Translations under genes and position numbers: made by a program | Part shown: positions 49,095 to 60,619 of the stretch, one piece after another | Layout: every line of letters begins with the position of its first letter | How positions within the stretch are numbered: the stretch's first letter is position 1 | Origin: Eutreptiella sp. 'Long Island Sound 2002' | Taxonomy: Eukaryota > Protista > Euglenida | NCBI GenBank assembly: GCA_964036045.1 | Contig: OZ038379.1 | Location: 25,916,001 to 25,980,000 of the forward strand | Direction: 5' to 3' | DNA length: 64,000 nt | Notes under the pieces: generated by a model | What the model saw: only the letters and a program-made list of their open reading frames with translations | Database searches by the model: none | What the model was told of the DNA's origin: nothing

Positions 49095-51124
49095 GTTGTG
49101 TGGGGCTGAGCACTCGGTTGTGTGTGCATGCAGGCATTTGGTCCGCAGTTGTCAGGGGCTGCACAGGTAATATCCAGACCAAGAAACAGTCAGTTGATTG
49201 TCATAGGTGTTTAATAAGTGTTCAGTCACAAGCACTTTTTTTTTCACCTTGGGAGGTGGCAGTTTTTGGGCTGTTGCACAATTTCTGGGGTGCTCTTGTT
49301 TTGCAGGGGTGCTATCAGACTGTGCTTTTTTTGCACCACTTGCACACAGCACCGATGGGCATTGATGCCCAAGCCCTCCTCGCGCACTACTTTGTGCCGC
49401 CAACACATTTGCACATTTGTGCCGCTCTCACAAATGGCCTTTTTCAAACAAAAATTCCAGTTTTGCTCTGAAAGTCCTGTTTTGGCCATGAGACAAAGTT
49501 AATTTTCAGCCCATTGGCAAAAACTGACCGGTTCAAAGGCCCATTATTTGGTCCCACCAATGCACTTAGTTTCTCCGTTCGAGTGCGCGAGGAATATGTA
49601 GGGAGTGCGGTGGCCACAATTTTCTGTGATTGCCCGTACAGGCCGTGCAATAAAACCGCACCGTGGAACATACCTACAACACAGGATGTTGATGGAAAGT
49701 GTGCGACAGACCAAAAACAGGGACCACCCTGGAGGACAGCAATTTGATCTTTTACAGCTTTTTGCAAACCTTGTGTGACAAACCAATGAATGTTTTGTGG
49801 CTTTTCTGCTTTCTATGCTCCGAGCCTGTGACAGTTGTATCAGCTGTTTTTTTATGTCGCTTGCACAATAACTATCTACGTTGCTTGCAGTATGCATGCA
49901 ATTGACCACAGGTAGGAGAAAATGCTGCCATGAGAGAATTGAGGGGTGGGGGCTATACGTAATCTCCTTCGACACAAGAATTAAAAGGCCACGTCACCTT
50001 TCACGGGGGTTGACAGAAAAACAAGCAGGCAGGGGAGGGGTTGTGTGGAGAACTCTTTGTGAGGGAAATGTACAGCCCCCACCTTGCAAACCCATGCAAA
50101 CATGCAACCCCAAGATTTTTTTTGGGGCGATACTGCTTACCACCTGTACACCCTTGTTTCAATTACCCCCTCTCATTTTACGGTGCCAACACTGTAAACA
50201 TTGACAGCGGTGGCGCCATAAATATTTACCCACTACACAATGATCCCCCCCCCTTTGCCCGTTGGGGGTCTTCACTGGTGTGTCCAGCCGCCATAGGTTA
50301 TGAGGGGGATCACACTTAGCACATATGGGAAGCAACAATGGACTATGCACAACCCCCCGTTTGTCCATCTCTGCCTTTCTCCGTCAGGAAGAGATCATAT
50401 GTTTCAATTATTGTATTGTATTATTGCCAACTACCAGGCAAACAGCTTTTTTTTGCGGCGTTGGCGCCGTAAACATTTTTGCATTGAGATGTGCCCTTGA
50501 GGGTATATGATTATACTGGGAGTTTACCTGTGTGCGGAAGCTGGTTGTCATGGGCTATCTTGGTGTGTTATTTGGGGGAACCTGCGATGTTCATCTGAAA
50601 GGGTGTTTTCTTGTACAGTTGCCTCTTCCCAAATGATCACCAAACAAAATGGGAGCACTGAACGACTGTTTGGGGCACATTTGGTCAATATTCCCCCCCC
50701 CGCTGCAATTTTCCAATTAGGGGGATGTCTTCTAGCTTGTCCAGAAAATGCAACTTACAGCTATCTACCCTTTTGTGGACCTGTTTTACACATTTTCTTG
50801 GGGGTGCCAATTACCCGTTGCAGCATTTCTGAACAAGGTCCGGATCCTGCACTACTAATTTAAAACGCTGCTGGAATTGTGTTTTCAGATACAACTCGGT
50901 ATAGAGAAAATGTAAAATTTGACCGAAATTCTTGAATGTTTATGGCGCAGGGGCCGTAAAATTTTCATTGGTTACACATTGCCGTCCCAGGGGATTTGAG
51001 CCCTGCTGTGCGCATGTTTTTGAAAGGGGTACATTTTTTAGGGCGCCCTGGGTTTGGGGGTTTACGGCTGTAGGCGTGCGCATAGTGCACCCCAAGTTCA
51101 GCGCACACACTATTTTGTTGACAG

Positions 51125-51320
51125 GGACAAGGATCTGGTGTCTGTCTGGAAGCAACCCTTCATTCCGTTACCTTCACAAAGTCCACTGCCCCAAAAGGCA
51201 CGCGTGGAAGAGAGTTTCCAGGATTACATCCAGTTCAAGACTGGGGAGTACAACACGAAGCTGCGCATGAGGCCCAAGGACCAGCAGCTTTGGTTGGACT
51301 ACGTGGCCTTTCAGGATCAG
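51125..51320 (+). CDS. NRDE2: NRDE2 exon
   Basis: GACAG| acceptor, phase-compatible; DKDLVSVWKQPFIPLP...KTGEYNTKLRMRPKDQQLWLDYVAFQDQ (NRDE2 N-terminal HAT-like repeat); donor CAG|GTCTGG. Confidence 0.85.
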
Positions 51321-52208
51321 GTCTGGGTTGCCTGGCCTCTGCTATCCCTCCCAAGCACCATTGGGGTGCAGTGTAGTGTGGCCACCTGGGCTCACACACA
51401 CATGCAGACACACATGCGCATGCCTGACAAAACACGGGCACACTGATGCTCCCCGGACGTAGCATATGGAGCTAGCAGACCCCAGCATGGGGGGGGGGGG
51501 GGGGCACTGTAGCTGCACATCAAAGAACACGGAACATAAGGTTGGCTACAGTCAGCAGGAAAGTACGAAGTAGGAATGTTGAAGCTTGCAGTTTCAGCGT
51601 GATTGAATGAGAGACAGCCTTGGCCCATGGCCGTGAACACGTGGTTGATTGTACTGCACAGAAACTGCACAGAAAATCTCCAGAAACTGTAGGTGCGCCG
51701 GAGTTGAGTCATTGTCAGATTATTGATTTCGGACTCAGAGCCCCTCATTGGGTCTGTGACAAGTGATACAATCACCAATAGCAAATGAACACAATACATC
51801 AGAATCCGGCAGGCTCTCAGAATATGCCTTCTCTGAAGTTCGATGCCTGTGTTTGGACCACATTCTACGAAAAGAAGGTGACGGTTGCATGACATATGTT
51901 CTCAAACCTGGGATGTGTGACTGACACATGTAGTGCAGAGATTTCGCCAATTTATCCCACCGAATACGAATACAACCACAATTTTTAAAACATTCACTGG
52001 ACCTGGAGCAACATCATGTGACCTCGTAAGTACTTCACACGCATGGGACATTCAAATCACAATCAACACACACACACACACACAGCCGCCCTGAGCATGG
52101 GGCGCTTTGGGACACACTTCAGGCGGATCCATGCACCCCTTGCCCTCAAATACAGACAAAAGAATGGTTCGCCACAAGTAGAAAGTCGCGCAAAGCGCTC
52201 CAAAGTCT

Positions 52209-52564
52209 GCGCTAAGTCTCTGTGTCGATTATGTGGCCCCAATAGTTGTCGGCGTCAAAGAAACACATTGCCAGTTTTGGACGGTCCTTGATCACTGCAA
52301 GACAAGAGTACGGCTTGGCCAACGTGCAGGAGGTTGTGTGCCATGAGTGTGTCCAGTGCATCTTTGCAGTTGGTTTGTGTGTGTGAGTGTGTACCGTGTT
52401 GATGTTGGACCGAATGGAAATGAATGCCAATGGCAGATCTGAGGAAAGACCGTGAGTCAAATATATTTCGTAATCATCTATTTTTGCCCAGTTGGCTTCC
52501 ATTCACCTTCTTCTTGATGACAGCATCTTCCCTGTGCCCCCTGACTGCCTCGCCCAAAATCTAC
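52209..52564 (+). repeat. ~356-bp intronic direct repeat, copy 1
   Basis: Near-identical to 53502-53857 (GCGCTAAGTCTCTGTGTCGATT ... CCTCGCCCAA(A/G)ATCTACCT). Confidence 0.92.
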
Positions 52565-53093
52565 CTAAGACTCTAAGACACAGTGGATGCTTGGGCAGGG
52601 GGATACGGGTTGCAGACAAAGAAACTGGGGCCTGGAACAGGCCAAAGGGCAAAGGGACGACGACCACTGATTTGTGGAAGTAGTTTTTGAGGGAGTATTT
52701 CTTCTAATGAGCCGAGTGGCACTTTCTGGGAGCTGTGTCCTGCCCTGCTGGGCGCGGTCAACGGGGCTGTAGCCCAGAGGGATCAGCCCAGAGTGGTACA
52801 GTCCACAGGGATATAGCCGAGAGACCCACGCGCCACATGGCTGAAGGCCACAGGGCTGCAGCCCAGAGAGGTACGGCCCAGGGGGCTACAGGCCCCGTAC
52901 AGTGGCATGACGCCATCCATGAGTCTCATTTTGGTTCTATTCTAGAGATGCGATGACCATCACAATGTGTGTCATATGCAACGCGTTGGGGGGGGTTCCT
53001 CCATCGCATTGTGCAGCAGCACAAACAGCAAAAAGGGGTGGTCCTGCTGGGGCTGCACCCACAGACGCCGGTCCATGCACCCCGTGCGCACAG

Positions 53094-53219
53094 GCTCATG
53101 GGAACGTGGGAGGGAAGCAGGTGCGGAAGGCCATTGTTGAGAAGAAGCTTGCGGTGTTGGAGAAGGCCACGGAGGCCAACCCTCAAAGCGAAGCCCTGTG
53201 GAGTGCATACCTCGCAATG
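53094..53219 (+). CDS. NRDE2: NRDE2 exon
   Basis: CACAG|; AHGNVGGKQVRKAIVEKKLAVLEKATEANPQSEALWSAYLAM; donor ATG|GTATGT; phase 0-0. Confidence 0.88.
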
Positions 53220-53501
53220 GTATGTCCGGACGCCACGAGTGCAGCCTCTCGTTTATCGCATGGCCGATTTCCCCCTCCGGGGGGCCTCTCTTTTTGTCAT
53301 GGATCTGGTGAGTGCGCCCTGGCCGTGCCCTGAAATGAAGGCTTCGGCAGACACTGCGGGCGAGGGGGGGGGACCCGGTCTACACATTGCCAACCTCCCG
53401 GATAGCCCAATGTGGCAGCATGCGGGCACGCCGGGTGGCAGGAGCTGCAGCAGGGATCAACGATCAACAGGCGTTGGAGGACTGTTTTGCTTTTTGTGTG
53501 C

Positions 53502-53857
53502 GCGCTAAGTCTCTGTGTCGATTGTGTGGCCCCAATAGTTGTCGGCGTCAAAGAAACACATTGCCAGTTTTGGACGGTCCTTGATCACTGCAAGACAAGA
53601 GTACGGCTTGGCCAACGTGCAGGAGGTTGTGTGCCATGAGTGTGTCCAGTGCATCTTTGCAATTGGTTTGTGTGTGTGAGTGTACCGTGTTGATGTTGGA
53701 CCGAATGGAAATGAATGCCAATGGCAGATCTGAGGAAAGACCGTGAGTCAAATATATTTCGTAATCATCTATTTTTGCCCAGTTGGCTTCCGTTCACCTT
53801 CTTCTTGATGACAGCATCTTCCCTGTGCCCCCTGACTGCCTCGCCCAAGATCTACCT
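53502..53857 (+). repeat. ~356-bp intronic direct repeat, copy 2
   Basis: Near-identical to 52209-52564. Confidence 0.92.
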
Positions 53858-54103
53858 CATTTTATCTCGTAGCCCCCCCCCCCCTCTGTCCACACCGTTT
53901 CTCCGTAGCTGAACATGTGTACTGTGCATGGCCCCTCAGTACCCCCAGGCATTCCCCCCGTTTGTGGGTTGTGGGTATTCTTGGGTCCCCAAGAGGCTTC
54001 CGCGCCGCAGTGGCAGGCACCGCCCGCCGCTTCCTCCGCTGCTTCCTTCCCCTGAGCGTCCCGCGGCCTCTGCATCCGTCGACACGGGCCCACGTGTCCA
54101 CAG

Positions 54104-54241
54104 GCCAGTGAGACGCTGCCCCCCGGCGATGTGGAGGATTTGTGGGATCAGACGTTGCGCAGAATCCCCCACAGCGCTCGGCTGTGGCTGCAGTTCATCG
54201 CGTGGCGGCGGTCTGTCTTCTCGATGTACTCACCGCAGGAG
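54104..54241 (+). CDS. NRDE2: NRDE2 exon
   Basis: CACAG|; ASETLPPGDVEDLWDQTLRRIPHSARLWLQFIAWRRSVFSMYSPQE; donor GAG|GTCTGC. Confidence 0.88.
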
Positions 54242-55539
54242 GTCTGCTTTGTGTGTGTGCGCGCGTTGGGGGCGTCAAGGCATCAGGGAGTCCGCCCCAG
54301 CCCACCGTGTGTGCGGCTGTGGCGCCCCCCACAAACATAAGCAGGCATTGCCCCGGACATTCGAGGACCGGGTGCCGTCTACCCCAGAGCCAAGCAAACC
54401 CTCGTGGTCGCCGAACACACAGTGTGGCCTGTGCACATTGGGTCATACCGATCCGAAGGGCGAGGGGTGAATGCGCATGGCTTGACTGTCGGCAGCATGT
54501 GCATCCCCCAGATACGCAGTGGCAACGAATCATGGTGCGTGGCCTAGTGGAAGGAAGGAAGGAAGACAGACCGGAACCATTCAGATACCTGTTGTACTTT
54601 ACCGCAGCCCCCGATTACGATCACGAAACCTTTTTTGGTCGAATGCCTTTGGTGTCAAGCAGCTTTCAGAACCGCAAGCGAAGGTGGGGGGGGGGGGGGG
54701 AGCTGCAGAATGCCATATCCCCAGTATCAGCCCCAGGACAAGGTTTTCGGGTTTCAAACTCCGTTTTTTGGTTTGTTTGATCGGCTGATCAAAGCGTGGG
54801 TGTGTAACTGACACATGTCCACCTTGGGCCCGTGTGCAGTCTGTGTACAGCGTGTACACTCAGGCATACAGCTTGCACACGGCGTACACAGCAACGTCAT
54901 AGAGCATGCATACAGCATATACGCAGTGTATGCTGCACCATACTGCATGGTTGCAGTCGCAATGGAGACCTGGATCTATGGCATTTATCCCGCTGCTCCA
55001 CACTGCGGTAAGCAAGAGCAGCCGCAGCATGCTGCACAATGCCACAGCACCTGATTTGGGGGGGCGGACAGGTATTGATTTGGCCCAACGACTCTGTGCA
55101 TCTTCTCTGCTATTTTCGATTTCAGGGACTAGAGGGAGCATTGGTGTCGTGGGCACCCACAAGTGCAAGTAGCACCATGGCGCAGTAGTATACCGCAGTA
55201 TGGCGCAGCAGCACCAAATTTGGCAGGGGACTGCGCTAGGCCGCACTGCTGCTCTGTTGTTCGGGTGGACCACAATATTTTCCCCACAGACAGTTTTCTC
55301 TGCCCTCCCCATGAGCTTGTGACGACCGTCCGTCGGGTCAGACGCCAGCAGGCGGAGCTGAGTCCCAGTGATTGGGATGCAGCTGATGCGTACCGTGTTG
55401 CGGGGGCCCCCAAGACAGACATCCCTGAGTGCGGACACGGGGCCTTCCTGTCGAGGCACAGTCCCCCTGCCGGACACTCGTGGCATGTTTGGCGACATCC
55501 GCGGACCATGTGATGCACTACTGTCGAAGTAGGGATTTT

Positions 55540-55865
55540 ACGACGCGTCGGGCCCCGACACCTCCCGACGCGTCGTACATCCCCGACGCATCGGGCCCCG
55601 ACACCTTGTACGACACAGTACGACGCGTCGTACAGTGTCGTACGACGCTTGAACGACACTGTACGACACTGTACGACACTGTACGACACTGTACGACACT
55701 GTACGACACAGTACGGCACAGTACGACACAGTACGACACAGTACGACACAGTACGACACAGTACGACACAGTACGACACAGTACGACGCGTCGTACAGTG
55801 TCGTACGGCGCTGGTACGACACTGTACGACACTATACGACACTGTCGTACAGTGTCGTACGACAT
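55540..55865 (+). repeat. 10-bp GTACGACAC(A/T) minisatellite with palindromic modules
   Basis: Tandem GTACGACACA/GTACGACACT units plus CGACGCGTCG palindromes. Confidence 0.92.
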
Positions 55866-55899
55866 ACATATGTATATATATGTATGTATGTATGTATAT

Positions 55900-56788
55900 C
55901 TCTCGGGGACATTCATAACCTGCCAACTTTCTGGGTTTTGGCACTTTTCGGCACTTTCTACAACTTTTGCTTTTGTGTGCAAACATGTCGTCACCTGGGG
56001 GGGGGTATGTGTATACTTTTTGAAATGTGTAAGAAAACGCCGTTTCAGAAATGTATGGGTTTGGGGGGGAGGGCTTGACATTTTTCAGGGCAGCACAACA
56101 CAGGATTCAGGATTCTCAGTTTTCTGACGAAGCGTTGTTTATTCCGCACAACGTGCTGGATTGTCAGGCTTGACATGTCAGTCACCCCTCTTGATGGTGT
56201 ACTTCTCGTAATTGTTGTACTTCACGTTTTTCTCCACATCAACGTCAATGCATGTGGCCAAAAATTCATGTTGCGAAGCCTTGGTGGGGTGCATCTTTTG
56301 ATCCCAAAACTGGGCAGCAAAAGCGGTGGCCTCAGCGGTCGTCAGAATGTCGTGCTCCTTGTGGGAGCATGCGGGTGGCTGTGAGCGGGCGCTACGGGGA
56401 TTTTTTGCCTGGCTACAGGGCTCATGTCGAGCCACCCGCACCCACTGTGCACCCCCAGAGCGAGCCCTTTTGCGCGCCAAAGGCTTTTGTGGTGCGTCCG
56501 GGGAAGCAACAGCCCGTGGTGTAAATTTGTATGAGGACATGGCAGCTGCCTGTTAACAAAAAGAGGCAGCAAGCAACACATGCACCGTCCGAAACGGACG
56601 AAAATCTCAGACATGTCGCCAGTCCAGCAAGCAGACCTGGGGTGTTCCAAATAGCCCTTTTCAAGGGCTTTCCGGATATGCCCCACATACCCCTACCTCC
56701 GGAACACTCAGTTGGCAAAAATGAGGCAACAAGGTCGCCAACCCGCGAAAACCCAGAAAGTTGGCAGGAACAGCGTCGTCCCCGAGAG
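55900..56788. mobile_element. MITE-like element with ~41-bp imperfect terminal inverted repeats, flanked by (TA)n-rich tracts
   Basis: Left CTCTCGGGGAC-N8-CCTGCCAACTTTCTGGGTTTT (55900-55939); reverse complement of right end CTCTCGGGGAC-N9-CCTGCCAACTTTCTGGGTTTT (56748-56788); both abut TATA runs. Confidence 0.75.
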
Positions 56789-56791
56789 ATA

Positions 56792-56822
<31 letters not shown>

Positions 56823-56862
56823 AGATATATATATATATATATATATATAGATATAGATATAT
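56789..56862 (+). repeat. (TA)n/(TAGATA)n microsatellite
   Basis: Directly visible. Confidence 0.95.
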
Positions 56863-57247
56863 GGCCTGCTAATTGTAGACACTGTCGGCATGTTGTAGAC
56901 GCGAAGTGCCAATATTTGGGAAGGACGCCGAAGGCCCCCTTCCCCCAAAACGGTCCGCTGCCATCGTTTACCCGCCTAGAGGGGGAGGGCGGTCTGGGGT
57001 CTGTAGACACTGTGCACCACAGGTAGACGCGGCCTGCTAATTGTAGACACTGTCGGCACGTTGTAGACACGAAGTGCCAATATTTGGGAAGGGGGCCGAA
57101 GGCCCCCTTCCCCCAAAACGGTCCGCTGCCATCGTTTACCCGCATAGAGGGGGAGGGCGGTCTGGGGTCTGTAGACACTGTGCACCACAAGTAGACGCGG
57201 CCTGCTAATTGTAGACACTGTCGGCATGTTGTAGACGCGAAGTGCCA
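56863..57247 (+). repeat. 168-bp tandem repeat, ~2.3 copies
   Basis: GGCCTGCTAATTGTAGACACTGTCGGCA starts at 56863, 57031 and 57199; units are highly similar. Confidence 0.93.
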
Positions 57248-57387
57248 CTATTTGAGGTTTCCCCTTTTGGACTGTTTTGACCAAAATGGAAACGCATTTG
57301 GACCCATTTTGCCCCGTTCTGACCAATCTGTTTTTTTTTTCCATTTACATGTGTTCATATGTCTACATATGTATATGTCTGTGTGTG

Positions 57388-57692
57388 ACGTACTGTGTCG
57401 TACTGTGTCGTACTGTGTCGTACTGTGTCGTACCGTGTCGTACCGTGTCGTACAGTGTCGTACTGTGTCGTACTGTGTCGTACTGTGTCGTACTGTGTCG
57501 TACTGTGTCGTACTATGTCGTGCTGTGTCGTATGGTGTCGGTGCTGTACGACACCTTGTACGACACTGTACGACGCGTCGTACATCCCCGACGCGTCGGG
57601 CCCCGACGCCTTGTACGACACTGTACGACGCGTCGTACGCTCCCGACGCGTCGGGCCCCGACGCCTTGTACGACGCCCCGACGCGTCGTACA
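57388..57692 (-). repeat. Same 10-bp minisatellite, main run inverted (GTACTGTGTC)n, plus palindromic modules
   Basis: GTACTGTGTC is the reverse complement of a rotation of the 55540-55865 unit; followed by CGACGCGTCG / GTCGGGCCCCGAC modules. Confidence 0.92.
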
Positions 57693-57750
57693 GTGCATTT
57701 CCGACAGCACTCACGTGATGCCCGCCGCCCGCACATCCGCACACCTTCAG

Positions 57751-57837
57751 ATTCGGTTCCTCTACTCCAAAACCGTCGGCAGAGTTGTGGCCCTACGACG
57801 CAAGACCGTTCGGGACCGAGAGGAGTTGGCTGCGCAG
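57751..57837 (+). CDS. NRDE2: NRDE2 exon
   Basis: TTCAG|; IRFLYSKTVGRVVALRRKTVRDREELAAQ; donor CAG|GTGCTG; phase 0-0. Confidence 0.8.
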
Positions 57838-58109
57838 GTGCTGTGTGTCCTCCCGCTGTCAGTTTTTGGGGCCCATGAAGTTCGGAGGGTTGTGTGGAGG
57901 GAATGCTCTGCCGGGACGGAGCATCCCCCCCGTGCCCCTCCCCACCAGGACACTGCACCCCTGAGGTCTATCCTCTTGGCCATGACTCATGTGAGTAGGG
58001 TTGGTATCAACAGGCTTCACACTCCCATTGCAGGGATGTCGCCCATATCTGCTTGTTGCTGTGGTGTGTGGGTGCGTGCGGGGGTCCGTCCTTCCACCGG
58101 CCCTTTCAG

Positions 58110-58260
58110 GGGGCAGACAGCGATGATGACAAGGACAATCTGGAAGCGGAGGGGGCTAAATTGGACGCGCAGATCGTAGAGTGTGAAGAGACGTTGCTGC
58201 GAGTGTTGTCGGAGGCCGTGGAGTACGAGCAGGGGGCTGGGTACCACGAAAGAGCACTAG
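58110..58260 (+). CDS. NRDE2: NRDE2 exon
   Basis: TTTCAG|; GADSDDDKDNLEAEG...EYEQGAGYHERAL; donor G|GTGTGT, phase 1. Confidence 0.85.
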
Positions 58261-58414
58261 GTGTGTCTGCATGGCCCACTGGTGCGTCTTGCAGACTTCA
58301 CTTGGCAATGTGATGCCCTGGGGCTGTGGGGCCATGGGGCTGTGGGGTCCAGGGGCTGTGTCCGTGCTCCCCCTCCGAATGCCCATGTTACGCATCCCTC
58401 GGCCCTGCGCTTAG

Positions 58415-58645
58415 GCATACTGCAGGCGGTGGTGGAGTACAACTGCTTCGTGCAGGAGGACATCATCGACACCGACGAGCATTTGCGGCGCTTCCGACAG
58501 TTTTGGGACTCCGAAGTGCCGCGCGTGGGCGAAGATGGGGCCACGGGCTGGGCCAACACCGACCTCCCCACCGCCATGGCCCAGGGCCGGCCGCCGCAGC
58601 CGTCGTGGATGTCGTACGCGCGGGGGGCCGACGCTGAGGATGAAG
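58415..58645 (+). CDS. NRDE2: NRDE2 exon (core NRDE-2 domain signature)
   Basis: CTTAG|; (G)ILQAVVEYNCF...FRQFWDSEVPRVGEDGATGWAN, the FWDSxxPRxGExGAxGW hallmark of NRDE2/Nrl1; donor G|GTGCGC. Confidence 0.92.
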
Positions 58646-59517
58646 GTGCGCGCTTTGCGGGGCCCTGCGGGTGTTTGTGGAGAGTCCCCCCCCCGGTAGA
58701 GCGCGAGGACCACAGGCGTAGCTCCCAGGTAGGCCTCGGCGAAGGAAGGCCTGGTAGAGCGTGAGGGCCTGCCACAGCTCCGTCGCACTGCATTGCCAGG
58801 GTGGCCTGCAGTGGACAGTTGAGCTTGGGCCGGTAGTGTGGGGGATGGTCCCTAAAGGTGGACCGGGCACTGCCGTGCACTCTTGTGGGGCGTGTTGGTG
58901 GGCGGGGCTGCTCACTACCGCCAGCAAAGAAGATACTCCGCTGTGGACAGAGTGCGAATACTCTGAGCGAAGATATTTCTGCAACGCGCGCTCGCCATGA
59001 ATGGTGCAGAGCGCAGAAGATATTACTGCAACGCACTACCAGCAAGTCACACATTGGTGAGCTGGCACCCATGGCCTTGTGTGACATTCACGTTGCTGGT
59101 TGTGGTGAGCACCTCCCAGCCTGGGGTCTTCGTGATGACCGCATAACGGGCACTGATCAGGCCGTCAGGGGAGGTCTCCATGGGCTGAAGTTGCATTCTG
59201 GATTCCCACCCAGGCCGGTGGATGCCCGCGGCAGTGCGGATGCCCGCAGTAGTACGGATTCCTGCTTAGCAGAAGGTTCAAAGGCGAGAGGCCAGTAGCG
59301 CCGCCACAGGCTAACAGAGCCAACCACCAAGGCCTTGTGCCAACACCCCCCCCCCCCCGCCTCCTTCACAGTGCCGTGTGCCATGCGCCGTGTGGGGGCT
59401 GCTGACCAATGGTGGCAATTGGGGATTGGACAGGGGCCTGCGGGGACCTGCTGGGCCCTCGTGTCTCGCACATCCATCGCGCATGCCGCACGCTCCTGGC
59501 AACCCCCTTGGTCTCAG

Positions 59518-59579
59518 GTACTGACAACTTTGTTGGAGAGCCTCAAGATGCGAAGTCGGTGTCGGGTTCGGATTCTGAG
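59518..59579 (+). CDS. NRDE2: NRDE2 short exon (probable)
   Basis: CTCAG| ... GAG|GTACAG; 62 nt bridges a phase-1 donor to a phase-0 acceptor; (G)TDNFVGEPQDAKSVSGSDSE. Confidence 0.6.
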
Positions 59580-60055
59580 GTACAGCCTCGTGCTTGTGCT
59601 GGGGCCGGGAGGCCAATGCGCTGGACCAGCCGCCTCTTGTCTTCGGGCCAATGTGATTTGTCAGTGCCGAAGTGCAGAAACCGCGTTGAGCAACGGTCAA
59701 ACGCTTTGACCCAAGTTTCGTTCAAGGGCATCTGCCATTTTACTTCGCCTCCCATGGCCCCCATGTTTAGAAATCTCATTTGGGTGGGGGCCTTATGTGC
59801 CTTGTTTTTTGAGGCAGATTGAGATGGCTGCCTTCTGCCGTTGGGGCATGCTTTGGCCATGGAAGCCTGTGGTGCACTACCCACAGTAGGCGGGGTGGTG
59901 ATCCATCTCCTTTGCCAAGTGCTCATAGGTGTTGCAGCCCACCTCCACCGCCCCGTAGCCCTCACGACACAGCCCCGTCTCCCCCACGTCCGACAGCCGT
60001 GGCCCTGCAACGCGTGCAGCACGTCGTGTGGCATTCCCCCGCCCCCTCTTCACAG

Positions 60056-60264
60056 GACGATGCATCGAGGGCCCCCCCGGTCCACAGGCAGGGGGTCAGC
60101 CGGGAGCAGTTACTGCGGTGGATGGAGGAGGAGGACAGGCGCATGGCCCAGCACTGGCGCCCCTGCCGCCCGGTGTGCGATCATCAGTTGTATGTGGCCG
60201 ACCCGGACCGTGTGGTCTTGTGGGACGACGTGGAGCCCTATTTATTTTATTTATATACGCCGAG
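60056..60264 (+). CDS. NRDE2: NRDE2 exon
   Basis: CACAG|; ...LLRWMEEEDRRMAQHWRPCRP...ADPDRVVLWDDVEPYLFYL, matching the W..E..R...W.P.R / DP.R.VL..D pattern; donor AG|GTGCCT. Confidence 0.88.
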
Positions 60265-60510
60265 GTGCCTCACCCGCCGCTCCTCGGTCCCCACCCCCTC
60301 TGCCACGCCCTGTGCCACGCTCCGTGCCATACATCCCGCGCCATGCATCGCGCTCGGCCCAAACGCCCGCTGCCCCGCCCTCTATCACGCCCTTTGCGAC
60401 ACGTATCCCCCACACCAAACGCCCTGCACCACGCCCTCCGCCGTGCCCTGTGCCATGGTACGCGCTGTGGCCTTGTCGGGTCTGATCTGTCGCTCGCCAT
60501 CGTTTGTCAG

Positions 60511-60619
60511 ATTGCGGATGTATCTTATATTTGTACTGCTGGAGTTCATGGGGGTTTCAGTCACGTACAGTCAGCGGGTGGTCACTGACCCCTTGGTGCA
60601 GTTCTCCCTTTCGTCCAAG
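60511..60619 (+). CDS. NRDE2: NRDE2 exon
   Basis: TGTCAG|; (R)LRMYLIFVLLEFMGVSVTYSQRVVTDPLVQFSLSSK; donor AAG|GTCTGC; phase-compatible. Confidence 0.78.

Noticed and set aside
55129-58179. YDTVRHSTTQ / VVLCRTVSY repeat ORFs and CRISPR-like appearance
   Set aside because: 10-bp minisatellite with no unique spacers; eukaryotic intron; no cas genes.
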